Shown: piece by piece, positions 1 through 7,817 of the stretch
Numbering within the stretch: position 1 is the first letter of the stretch
Layout: the number at the start of each line of letters is the position of its first letter
Position numbers and translations under genes: made by a program
From: Bryobacterales bacterium
Lineage (GTDB): Bacteria; Acidobacteriota; Terriglobia; Bryobacterales; Bryobacteraceae
Reading direction: 5' to 3'
NCBI GenBank assembly: GCA_963836595.1
Contig: CAWIKC010000004.1
Span: forward strand, 757,536-789,535
Length of the DNA stretch: 32,000 bases
Notes under the pieces: model-generated
Database searches by the model: none
Told to the model about the DNA's origin: nothing
Seen by the model: only the letters and a program-made list of their open reading frames with translations

Positions 1-40
1 ACCGGATCGCCAACCAACGGGAGGCGCCGACGGCAACGGA

Positions 41-1282
41 TCATGCGGTGTTCCTCTGCTGGAAGCTTTGAAAGAGCTTGCGCTTGGCGCGTTGCATCGC
101 CAGAGCGGCTTCGGTATCGGATTGGCTCTGGGCGAAGCGATCCAGTTCCGCCAGCGTGACCCGGGGCCGCAGGTATTTCGCGCACTGAGGCAATTCCCGA
201 AACATCTCGAGCGGTGTGGCCCACCGCAAGTAGATGCGCCGCCGCTGGCCGTTGGCCGCAGTGAGGATTTGGGGCACCGCGCATGGCCGGTGGAAGTTCA
301 CGTAAGGGTTCAGGTGCTCCCGGTGGAATTGATCGATCGCTTCGGCGTGTTTTGCATCGATGTAACCAAATCCGATGTGCTTGCGGATCACCGCGCCGTT
401 CTTGGTCTCCACCAGACCGTTGTCGCCGCAGTGATGCGCGCGCGACTTGGTCTGCTCGATGCGCAGCTTGTCCAGCAACCGGACGACGTTGTAGTTGATG
501 AACTCGCTGCCGTTGTCGGAATGAAATCCGCGGATCACGAACGGGAACTGTTCCAGGATCGACTCCAGCACCGGTAGCAGCCACAACTCGGAGATCTGCG
601 GCGTTGCGGCCACAATCTCCCACTGCGTCACTTCGTCGACGGCATTGATGTGATACACACCTTTGCGTCCTGGTTGATCGCCCTGATGCACGGTGTCGAT
701 GCGCAGGAATCCCGGTTCGCCGCGCGGTTGCGGTTTGCGCCGCTCGCCAATCGGAATCGGGGTTGGCCGTGTGGGCTGATAACTGGTGTTGCGTTTCCGA
801 TAAGCCGCACTGTTGCGCAACCGGTAAAGGTGCGCCACCGAGATCGAGGCCAGCCGCACATACGCTGCTTGCCCGTAGTCGCGGTGCTCTCGTTCGAGGA
901 TTCGGCACGTCGCCGGTCCGCTTAGGTTCCCGTGCGCCTTGTCGACGTAGGCGAGCAGATTGACGTCCGCACCTGTGTAGCGCGTGGCGAACTTGGTCCG
1001 CTGATAGACGGCCGCTTTCACCCGCCCCGTGCGGCGTTGCAGCGCAATCAAACGCGTGACCTGCGCTCGACCCAACCCCGTCATCCGCGAGAGGTAGCGC
1101 CGGACCAATCCCTTGCCGGGCTTGTCCAAGCCCGCGTACTGGTGCCGCACGAGCGTCTTCTCGATCCAACCATACACCTCCTCGCGCCGCTGGCCGGCAA
1201 ACCGCACCTCTTCGCTGCCGGCCAGGAACGCCTGAATCTGCTCCAGGCTCGTGGCCTCTGTGTCGTCCATGCTGATGATCAA
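41..1282 (-). CDS. DDE transposase, integrase-core (rve) type
   Basis: 413-aa ORF with a DDE context visible by eye: FLRIDTVHQGD ... FHSDNGSEF ... NGLVETKNG with rve-like spacing. The N-terminal part looks like a DNA-binding region. Resembles ISNCY/IS481-like rve transposases from memory; exact IS family not verified. An alternative ATG lies 12 nt downstream (MDDTE...). Confidence 0.85.
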   Translation of the reverse strand: MIISMDDTEATSLEQIQAFLAGSEEVRFAGQRREEVYGWIEKTLVRHQYAGLDKPGKGLVRRYLSRMTGLGRAQVTRLIALQRRTGRVKAAVYQRTKFATRYTGADVNLLAYVDKAHGNLSGPATCRILEREHRDYGQAAYVRLASISVAHLYRLRNSAAYRKRNTSYQPTRPTPIPIGERRKPQPRGEPGFLRIDTVHQGDQPGRKGVYHINAVDEVTQWEIVAATPQISELWLLPVLESILEQFPFVIRGFHSDNGSEFINYNVVRLLDKLRIEQTKSRAHHCGDNGLVETKNGAVIRKHIGFGYIDAKHAEAIDQFHREHLNPYVNFHRPCAVPQILTAANGQRRRIYLRWATPLEMFRELPQCAKYLRPRVTLAELDRFAQSQSDTEAALAMQRAKRKLFQSFQQRNTA

Positions 1283-1305
1283 TCCCCAGCATCCCGTCTT
1301 TTCCC

Positions 1306-1362
1306 TTCAGGCTCATCTTGCGTGAGAATCCAAGCGCCAGTTCAGGCTCATCTTGCATGAGA
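1306..1362 (+). repeat. 22-nt direct repeat x2 (TTCAGGCTCATCTTGCRTGAGA) upstream of the transposase start
   Basis: Copies at 1306-1327 and 1341-1362 match at 21 of 22 positions. The position fits subterminal transposase-binding repeats of an IS end. Confidence 0.8.
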
Positions 1363-1394
1363 CAAGAGTCACGTCCAGCGCCGTCCGCCTCCAT

Positions 1395-1573
1395 CCTAAA
1401 ATAGCTCCGGACCCTCATCAAGCGAAAGGCGCCACCAAAATGTTCAGCGAACGCCGCATCCGCGCCTCCCGCGCCAACGGCGCAATAGCCCGCAGTCGCT
1501 AAACCAAGCCGGCATAGACCGCTCGCGCCCCAACGCGGTCAAGCACGGCGCCTTCGCCAAATCCCTCCTACTC
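1395..1573 (+). pseudogene. Truncated 5' fragment (promoter region plus first ~45 codons) of a paralog of the gene starting at 2535
   Basis: Aligns by eye to 2489-2669 (CCTAAAATAGC ... AGCGAAAGG ... CCAAAATGT.CAGCGAACGCCGC ... GGCATAGACCGCTCGCGCC ... AAATCCCTCCT). ATG at 1440 is followed by a premature TAA at 1500-1502. Homology stops at ~1573, just before the toxin gene end. Confidence 0.75.
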
Positions 1574-1585
1574 CACGCGCCATGC

Positions 1586-2074
1586 TCATGATTTCCCTTC
1601 GAAGGTCGCTAGTTGGCGGCGGACAAGAAGGATCAGTTTGTCGGAGAGATAGAAGTTGGTCTGACGGAGCTTGGTGAGCGCTATCTCAAAATCGAGCAGT
1701 CCTGCGCGGTGGGCTTCAGCCAGCACGCCCAGCGTGCCGGTGACTGGTAGATGCCGGCGTTCGGCCTCAGCGCGTCCTGCGTGCTCATCGATCAGCAGGC
1801 GGTCCGCCTTGACAGAGAAGGCCAGCGCAATAGCCGCATGCTCACCGGCATCGAGAAACCGGAGGGCCGGGTCAAAGGGCGGGTCCGGACGAATCTCACA
1901 CCACTGCGGCGGCTGCGCGATCCACGCATGGACGACTGCCGGCGTGTTCGGCTCCTGCAGCTCCCAGGCCACCGCTTCAGGCACCAGCACTCGACCATAG
2001 AGGGCCTCCGACACGCCAACTGCTCCGATTAGCACGAGGTAATGGAGAGGACCCGCGTCGGTCACAACGGTCAT
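1586..2074 (-). CDS. PIN-like toxin (DUF3368-type) of a type II toxin-antitoxin pair
   Basis: ATG at 2074 overlaps the antitoxin stop (ATGA, 2071-2074). 162 aa with VVTDAGPLHYL, LDAGEHAAIALA, LLIDEHAGR and GTLGVL landmarks typical of DUF3368/PIN-like proteins paired with UPF0175. The ORF-track start at 2194 would overlap the antitoxin and is not used. Confidence 0.8.
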   Translation of the reverse strand: MTVVTDAGPLHYLVLIGAVGVSEALYGRVLVPEAVAWELQEPNTPAVVHAWIAQPPQWCEIRPDPPFDPALRFLDAGEHAAIALAFSVKADRLLIDEHAGRAEAERRHLPVTGTLGVLAEAHRAGLLDFEIALTKLRQTNFYLSDKLILLVRRQLATFEGKS

Positions 2075-2355
2075 GCACGGTGTTCGGCTTCCCGGATCTC
2101 CTCCAAGCGCCTGATGGTAGTCTGGTCTTGCTCGAAATCTTCGGCGGTGTAGGTTTCGACCTGATGCTCTTTCAGGAAAACATCGAGTTCCCAACGGGAA
2201 GAGATTCCCAGCAGGGTGCGCAGTTGATAGGCGGAGATACGGCGCTGGCGGTAAGCCTCCAGTCCGAGGGCCTCCACTGCGGCGCGGGCGGGATCCTGGC
2301 CGGGGGCCGCGAGCGTTGCGGCCAACTCGTCAGGAATCTCGACCGAAATGCGCAT
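2071..2355 (-). CDS. UPF0175-family antitoxin
   Basis: 94 aa. MRISVEIPDELAATL... and ...RRISAYQLRTLLGISSRWELDVFLKEHQV match the UPF0175 pattern. It has a 4-nt overlap with the downstream toxin gene. Confidence 0.8.
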   Translation of the reverse strand: MRISVEIPDELAATLAAPGQDPARAAVEALGLEAYRQRRISAYQLRTLLGISSRWELDVFLKEHQVETYTAEDFEQDQTTIRRLEEIREAEHRA

Positions 2356-2534
2356 GCCTCAGTCTACCAGGACCAAGCTCAACGTTATTCCGGGTGAGCC
2401 CAAAACTCGTTCACAACAATCTCAAATTTTGTAGCGTTCAAAACAAACCACTTATCGCCCGACAACGCCCAGCCCCATACACCTCTAGCCTAAAATAGCC
2501 CTTGGAAGCCAATCTAGCGAAAGGAGCCCCCAAA

Positions 2535-4574
2535 ATGTCCAGCGAACGCCGCGTCCGCGCCTCACGTGCCAACGGCGCATTAGCCCGCGGCCGCAAGACC
2601 CAGGCGGGCATAGACCGCTCGCGCCTCAACGCGGTCAAGCACGGTGCCTTCGCCAAATCCCTCCTGCTCAACAACGAATCTCCCGACGCGCTCGCCAAAC
2701 TCCGTGACGAGTACTTCGCTGTTCTCCGCCCCACCAACCTCATCGAGCGCGATCTGGTCGAAGAAATGATCGTCGCCAAGTGGCTCAGCCGTCGCTTCCT
2801 TCATCTCGAAAACAGCACCGTCAATAACAAAATGGATGAACAAAAGGCCGCAATCGAGGCCAGACACCACCGCATTCCCGAGCCCATCCGCACCGCCATC
2901 GCGCATAAAGATTTGTACGATAACAGCAGCGCCTTGAGCCATATCCAGCGCTCCCAGGCGAGCAACTCGCGCCGCTATCACCGGGCGCTGCGTGAACTCC
3001 AATACCTGCGCAGCAACCCGCAAAGTGAAAATGAGCAAACGACGCTAATCCCAGATCCGGACACAGGCGAGAGCAAGCCCGCGCGCGCTACACTTGACCT
3101 TAGTGCGTCACATCCCGATTACGCGCCGCCCCCTGCGCGCGCCGTCAACCCCGACCCTAGCCCCGACCGTAAGGGAGGGGATCCCCAAAATACAACGCCA
3201 AACCCCGACCGTGAGGCCGGGGACTCTACACCCACTCCCATGATCCGCATCGCGAATGGGCAAGGCTTTTGGGGAGACTGGCTCGAAGCGCCGGTCCGCT
3301 TAGTCGAGCAAGGTCCCATCGACTACCTGGTGCTCGACTACCTGGCCGAGGTCACCATGTCGATTCTCCAGAAGCAGCGGCAGGCCGACCCCAAACTGGG
3401 TTACGCGCGCGACTTCCCGCCTTTGCTGGGCCGCATTGAAAAGCTGATGCGCGACCGCAACGTCAAGGTCATCGCCAACGCCGGCGGAGTCAATCCAATC
3501 GCCTGCGCGCAGGAGGTGCGCCGCCTCGCGCCGTCTTTGAAAATTGCCGTGGTGCTGGGAGACGATGTCCTCAGCCGCCTGGATGAATTCCTTGCGCAAA
3601 AACACGAGATGCGCAACATGGATACCGGCGCGCCGCTCACCACCGTGCGTCCGCGCATTCTCAGCGCTAACGCGTACATCGGCGCATTCCCGCTGTCTGA
3701 GGCTCTCGACACCGGCGCGGATGTGGTCATCGCCGGCCGCTGCACCGATACCGCGCTGACTTTGGCGCCCATGATTCACCGCTACGATTGGAAAGCCGAC
3801 GATTGGAACAAGCTGGCCGCGGGCACCATCGCCGGGCACATCGTCGAGTGTGGCTCGCAATGCACGGGCGGCAACTGCCAGGTGGATTGGCAGCAAATTC
3901 CGGATCTGGCCAACATCGGATATCCGATTGTCGACGCGGAGCCCGATGGCACATTCGCCATCACCAAGCATCCCGGCACCGGCGGCCGCGTGACCATCGA
4001 TAGCATCAAAGAGCAGTTGCTGTATGAACTCGGCGACCCGAAAAATTACATCACGCCCGATTGTGTGGCGGATTTCACCAGCATCAAATTGAAGTCTGAT
4101 TCGCCCGACCGCGTGCGCGTGAGCGGGATTCAGGGCAGCGCGCGGCCCACCATGCTGAAGCTGTCGATCAGTTATGCCGATGGCTATCGGGCGGTCGGCT
4201 CGTTAGTCTATTCGGCGCCCCAAGCGCTCGAAAAAGCGCGCGCCGCGGACGCAATTGTACGCGACCGTTTGCGGCAGTTGGACCTGCATTTCGACGAAAT
4301 CCACACGGAGTTTTTCGGCGTCAATGCCTGCCATGGACCGGTGGCTGCGCCCAATCCAACACCGCCCGAAGTCCAATTGCGCATGGGCGTGCGCGGGCAG
4401 GATCGCAAGGCTCTGGAGCGTTTCACGCGCGAACTGGCGCCCTTGGCTTTGAGCGGCCCGCCTACCGGGACTGGTTTTGGTGAAGGCCGGCCACCGGTGC
4501 GTGAAGTCGTAGCCTTCTGGCCGGCGCTGATCCCCCGCGATCTGATTCAGACGCGGGTAGAGGTGATCGAATAA
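2535..4574 (+). CDS. Chimeric ORF: uncharacterised basic/helical N-domain + Pro/Asp-rich linker + complete DUF1446 (AtuA-like) domain
   Basis: SD AAGGAG (2521-2526) precedes ATG 2535. Residues ~1-175 (SERRVRASRANGALARGRKT..LNAVKHG.. then helical E/R/L-rich) resemble a recurrent uncharacterised small-protein family. From ATG 3240 (MIRIANGQGFWGDWLEAPVRLVEQGPIDYLVLDYLAEVTM...) the sequence looks like a full-length DUF1446 protein. No stop codon separates the parts, and 3240 is an alternative start. Confidence 0.7.
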   Translation: MSSERRVRASRANGALARGRKTQAGIDRSRLNAVKHGAFAKSLLLNNESPDALAKLRDEYFAVLRPTNLIERDLVEEMIVAKWLSRRFLHLENSTVNNKMDEQKAAIEARHHRIPEPIRTAIAHKDLYDNSSALSHIQRSQASNSRRYHRALRELQYLRSNPQSENEQTTLIPDPDTGESKPARATLDLSASHPDYAPPPARAVNPDPSPDRKGGDPQNTTPNPDREAGDSTPTPMIRIANGQGFWGDWLEAPVRLVEQGPIDYLVLDYLAEVTMSILQKQRQADPKLGYARDFPPLLGRIEKLMRDRNVKVIANAGGVNPIACAQEVRRLAPSLKIAVVLGDDVLSRLDEFLAQKHEMRNMDTGAPLTTVRPRILSANAYIGAFPLSEALDTGADVVIAGRCTDTALTLAPMIHRYDWKADDWNKLAAGTIAGHIVECGSQCTGGNCQVDWQQIPDLANIGYPIVDAEPDGTFAITKHPGTGGRVTIDSIKEQLLYELGDPKNYITPDCVADFTSIKLKSDSPDRVRVSGIQGSARPTMLKLSISYADGYRAVGSLVYSAPQALEKARAADAIVRDRLRQLDLHFDEIHTEFFGVNACHGPVAAPNPTPPEVQLRMGVRGQDRKALERFTRELAPLALSGPPTGTGFGEGRPPVREVVAFWPALIPRDLIQTRVEVIE

Positions 4575-4906
4575 TGAAGATCGCCCTCCATCGCATCGCC
4601 CACTCGCGTTCAGGCGACAAAGGCGACACCTCCAACATCGGCATCATCGCCTATCATGAGCGCCACTATCCGATTCTGGTGCGCGAAGTGACTGCCGAGC
4701 GGGTAAAAACATTCTTTGGCGATTTTGTAAAAGGAAACGTAGAGCGCTTCGAGCTTCCCAATCTGGGAGCAATCAACTTTCTCTTGCATGAAGCGCTGGG
4801 CGGCGGTGGAACTCTGTCCTTGCGGACAGACCCGCAGGGTAAGACAATGGGAGCCGCGCTGCTGCAAATGGAGATCGATGCCGACGAGTCCGAAATTACC
4901 AACTGA
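4574..4906 (+). CDS. DUF4387 protein (AtuA C-terminal-like partner of DUF1446)
   Basis: 110 aa with HSRSGDKGDTSNIG ... NFLLHEALGGGG landmarks. The start overlaps the upstream stop (TAATG at 4572-4576). Confidence 0.8.
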   Translation: MKIALHRIAHSRSGDKGDTSNIGIIAYHERHYPILVREVTAERVKTFFGDFVKGNVERFELPNLGAINFLLHEALGGGGTLSLRTDPQGKTMGAALLQMEIDADESEITN

Positions 4907-6020
4907 CACGATTCAAGAAGCCACTCTGGCGTATGAGAAATGGATCGGCAAGTATTTAACCCTGTTGCCGGCCGATCTCGAGTTGAAACACAAGGCCATG
5001 GCGGAAGGCGTGTTCCCGTTCTTGCGGGCGACCTTCTATCGCTGGATGCAACGCTGGCCCAAGGTGTGTCCGGGCGAAGCGAAGGCGCCGCAACTGCTCG
5101 CCGTCGGCGATCTCCACGTGGAAAACTTCGGCACCTGGCGCGACCAGGAAGGGCGCTTGGCGTGGGGCATCAACGATTTTGATGAAGCGGATTCCCTGCC
5201 CTACACCATCGATCTGGTCCGGCTGGCCGCCAGTGCCCACATCGCCGTGCGGGAAGCGCATTTGACCATCGGCGCCCGAGACGCCTGCGTCGCGATCCTG
5301 GATGGTTATCGAAAAGCCCTCGAAACCGGCGGGCGGGCCATCGTTCTAGCGGAGGAACATCAGTGGCTGCACGATACCGTGACCACGGCCTTGCGTGAGC
5401 CGGTGCAATATTGGAAGCGGTTTGAAGGCCTCACCGAGATCGCCAAGTCCGTCCCGAAGAGCGCGCGGCGGGCGATCGAGAAGCTTTTCCCCGAGCCCGG
5501 AGTGCCCTACAAACTGATGCACCGCGTAGCCGGGTTGGGAAGCCTGGGGCGACAACGCTTTTTGGCCGTTGCCGAATATCGCGGCGCCCGGATTGCCCGC
5601 GAAGCAAAGGCCCTGGCGCCGTCGGCATGCGTTTTCACCCAAGGCCTGAAAAGCGACGCCATTCACTATCAGCAAATTGTGGATCGGGCCGTGCGCGCCA
5701 TCGATCCCTTTGTCAGGCTGAAGGGCGGTTGGATTGTACGCCGTCTGAGCCCGGACTGCTCGCGCGTGGAGCTATCCTCTCTCGCGGCGCGGCGCGATGA
5801 AACCAAGCTGCTGCACGCTATGGGATTCGAAACCGCCAACGTACATCTCGGTACGCCCAAAGCCATCCAGGCCGTACTAAAGGACCTCAAAGCGCGCCCG
5901 GTCCACTGGCTGCATGAGGCCGCGGCCAAGATGGTGGAAGACGCGACGCACGACTGGCAGCAATGGCGCAATTCGATGGTGCCGAAAATTCCCGCGGCGA
6001 AAAAGAAATCCGCCCGCTAA
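4878..6020 (+). CDS. DUF2252 family protein
   Basis: FPFLRATFYRW ... GDLHVENFGTWRDQEGRLAWGINDFDEA ... pattern of DUF2252. ATG 4878 chosen (29-nt overlap with DUF4387), because the ORF-track start at 4788 would overlap most of the upstream gene end. Start uncertain. Confidence 0.7.
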   Translation: MPTSPKLPTDTIQEATLAYEKWIGKYLTLLPADLELKHKAMAEGVFPFLRATFYRWMQRWPKVCPGEAKAPQLLAVGDLHVENFGTWRDQEGRLAWGINDFDEADSLPYTIDLVRLAASAHIAVREAHLTIGARDACVAILDGYRKALETGGRAIVLAEEHQWLHDTVTTALREPVQYWKRFEGLTEIAKSVPKSARRAIEKLFPEPGVPYKLMHRVAGLGSLGRQRFLAVAEYRGARIAREAKALAPSACVFTQGLKSDAIHYQQIVDRAVRAIDPFVRLKGGWIVRRLSPDCSRVELSSLAARRDETKLLHAMGFETANVHLGTPKAIQAVLKDLKARPVHWLHEAAAKMVEDATHDWQQWRNSMVPKIPAAKKKSAR

Positions 6021-6026
6021 AAAGTT

Positions 6027-6165
6027 TGTGGGGCAGGTTGTCAACCTGCCGCGGGTTGTTAACCCGCGCACAGGCTAAAGCCTGTGCCACGAGACAGCCA
6101 AGGTGGCACGGACTTTAGTCTGTGCAGAAAATGTAGAAACTCTAGCCGCGGGTTGTTAAACCCGC
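6027..6165. repeat. Cluster of short palindromic REP-like hairpins between convergent genes
   Basis: GGCAGGTTGTCAACCTGCC (6032-6050), GCGGGTTGTTAACCCGC (6051-6067), GCACAGGCTAAAGCCTGTGCCAC (6068-6090), GGTGGCACGGACTTTAGTCTGTGC (6102-6125) and GCGGGTTGTTAAACCCGC (6148-6165). Related units occur at 13049-13166, 26433-26508 and, degenerate, at 10303-10324. They may act as bidirectional terminators. Confidence 0.75.
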
Positions 6166-6184
6166 CCAAAACCGGCGCAAACCG

Positions 6185-6703
6185 TCACGTTCCCCGGTTT
6201 TGTCCCGCGAACCATGCATTGCTTTCGGGAAGCAGCAGCAGATAGACCGCATAACCACGCAGCGCGAGTTCGAGCAGCGAAACGATCGCGCCGGGGTTGG
6301 CATGCAGAACCAGCAACCGAAACCGAAACAGCAAATTAAAGGCCGTGTATGCGACCAGCAGGATAACGGCAATGCGGCCCACATTGCTGCCGCGCATGGT
6401 GAAAAAAATGGCGGCCACCCAGAGAATCGGGAACAGAAAGAGAGGTATGACGAGCCCGATTCCAAACGAGTGTAACCGGCCGATCAGCGCGATGAGGCTG
6501 ACGATCAAAGCGAGAATGCCGACGGCCACGCTCAGCCAAAGCAATGTCACGGCCCGGCGGACCGCCGCGGGCTGGGAAGCCACCGCGCTGGCCGGCGCCA
6601 TCTGCGCGGCAGGCGCGGAAGCAGCCAAAGTCAACGCTTCTCCACAGTTCGGGCAAGACGCCGCCCCCGGCTCGACCGCGGCAGCGCAGGCTGGACAAAA
6701 CAT
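6185..6703 (-). CDS. Zinc-ribbon domain membrane protein
   Basis: 172 aa. N-terminal CPAC...CPNC zinc-ribbon (MFCPACAAAVEPGAASCPNCG) followed by about four hydrophobic helices. Confidence 0.7.
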   Translation of the reverse strand: MFCPACAAAVEPGAASCPNCGEALTLAASAPAAQMAPASAVASQPAAVRRAVTLLWLSVAVGILALIVSLIALIGRLHSFGIGLVIPLFLFPILWVAAIFFTMRGSNVGRIAVILLVAYTAFNLLFRFRLLVLHANPGAIVSLLELALRGYAVYLLLLPESNAWFAGQNRGT

Positions 6704-6737
6704 AGCATCGCATTGTAACAGGTATTCTGGAGTTTAC

Positions 6738-7817
6738 ATGCCCTTTTCACCCATCCCGGAGGCGATCGAGGATTTTTGCGCGGGCCGCATGGTGGTGATC
6801 GCCGACGATGAAGACCGCGAGAACGAAGGCGACCTCTGTATCGCCGCGCAGTTTGTCACTCCCGAAGTGATCAACTTCATGGCCAAGCACGCGCGGGGAT
6901 TGATCTGTCTGTCGCTCAGCGCGGAAATTTGCGATGCCTTGCATCTGCCGCCAATGTCGTCGCGCAACACGTCGCGGTTCGGCACGGCGTTTTGTGAATC
7001 GATTGAGGCGGCTGAGGGCGTCACCACCGGGATTTCGGCAGCCGATCGCGCGCGCACCATTCAAGTAGCCATCGATCCGGCGTCCACTCCTCGGGATCTG
7101 GCGCGGCCCGGGCATGTTTTTCCGCTGCGCGCCAAAGAAGGCGGCGTTTTAGTACGCGCCGGCCAGACTGAAGCCGTGGTGGATCTGGCGCGGCTGGCCG
7201 GCCTGCGGCCGGGTGGCGTGATCTGCGAGATCATGAACGACGACGGCACCATGGCCCGAGTGCCGCAGTTGGAAGACTTCTGCGCGCGGCACGGCCTGAA
7301 GTTGATTTCGGTCGCCGACCTCATTCGCTACCGCTTGCACACCGAGCGCTTCATTCAACGCCAATCGGAAAGCTGCCTGCGCACGGCGTTCGGCGATTTC
7401 CGCTCCATCGTTTATGCGAGTTCGATTCTTCCGGAGATGCACCTGGCGCTGGTGCGCGGCGATCTCAAGGGGCGGGAGAATGTGCTGGTGCGGATGCATT
7501 CCCGCTGCACTTACGGCGATGTATTTAGCTCCTCCGAGTGCGAGTGCGGAGAGATGATTCGCCGCTCCCTGGAACGGATCGCGCAAGCCGAGGCCGGCGT
7601 GCTGGTGTACCTGCACCAGAGCGGACCGGGCTTTCGGGATCACCGGCTGCAAACCTCGCCCGATGGCCAGCACGCGCTGCAGCACGAAAACGGCATCGGA
7701 GCGCAGATTCTTTCCGATCTGGGTCTGCACAGCATCCGCTTGCTGACCAACCATCCGCGCAAAGTTGTGGGGCTCGATGCCTATGGAATACACATTGTCG
7801 AGCAGCTTCCGCTATAG
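6738..7817 (+). CDS. ribBA: Bifunctional 3,4-dihydroxy-2-butanone-4-phosphate synthase / GTP cyclohydrolase II
   Basis: GGAG lies 6-7 nt before ATG 6738. DHBP synthase landmarks: VVIADDEDRENEGDL, ARGLICL, RPGHVFPL. GCH II landmarks: VRMHSRCTYGDVFSSSECECG, VLVYL. The ORF-track start at 6297 is an artefactual extension across the opposite-strand gene. Confidence 0.92.
   Translation: MPFSPIPEAIEDFCAGRMVVIADDEDRENEGDLCIAAQFVTPEVINFMAKHARGLICLSLSAEICDALHLPPMSSRNTSRFGTAFCESIEAAEGVTTGISAADRARTIQVAIDPASTPRDLARPGHVFPLRAKEGGVLVRAGQTEAVVDLARLAGLRPGGVICEIMNDDGTMARVPQLEDFCARHGLKLISVADLIRYRLHTERFIQRQSESCLRTAFGDFRSIVYASSILPEMHLALVRGDLKGRENVLVRMHSRCTYGDVFSSSECECGEMIRRSLERIAQAEAGVLVYLHQSGPGFRDHRLQTSPDGQHALQHENGIGAQILSDLGLHSIRLLTNHPRKVVGLDAYGIHIVEQLPL

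Larger units (their letters stand above)
1..1378 (-). mobile_element. Partial insertion sequence carrying an rve/DDE transposase; far end lies outside the window
   Basis: Transposase ORF 41-1282 plus a 5' flank with two copies of a 22-nt subterminal repeat. Homology to the neighbouring gene fragment starts at ~1395, so the IS boundary is placed at ~1365-1390 (approximate). Terminal inverted repeats cannot be checked because the other end is off-window. Confidence 0.6.

Noticed and set aside
6297-6737. N-terminal 147-codon extension of the ribBA ORF (ORF-track start 6297)
   Set aside because: It runs antisense across the whole zinc-ribbon membrane gene and has no ribB-like sequence. ATG 6738 has a GGAG and matches the normal DHBP synthase N-terminus.
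6704-6737. FMN (RFN) riboswitch upstream of ribBA
   Set aside because: Only 34 nt separate ribBA from the divergent gene, which is far too short for an RFN element, and no conserved RFN core is seen.
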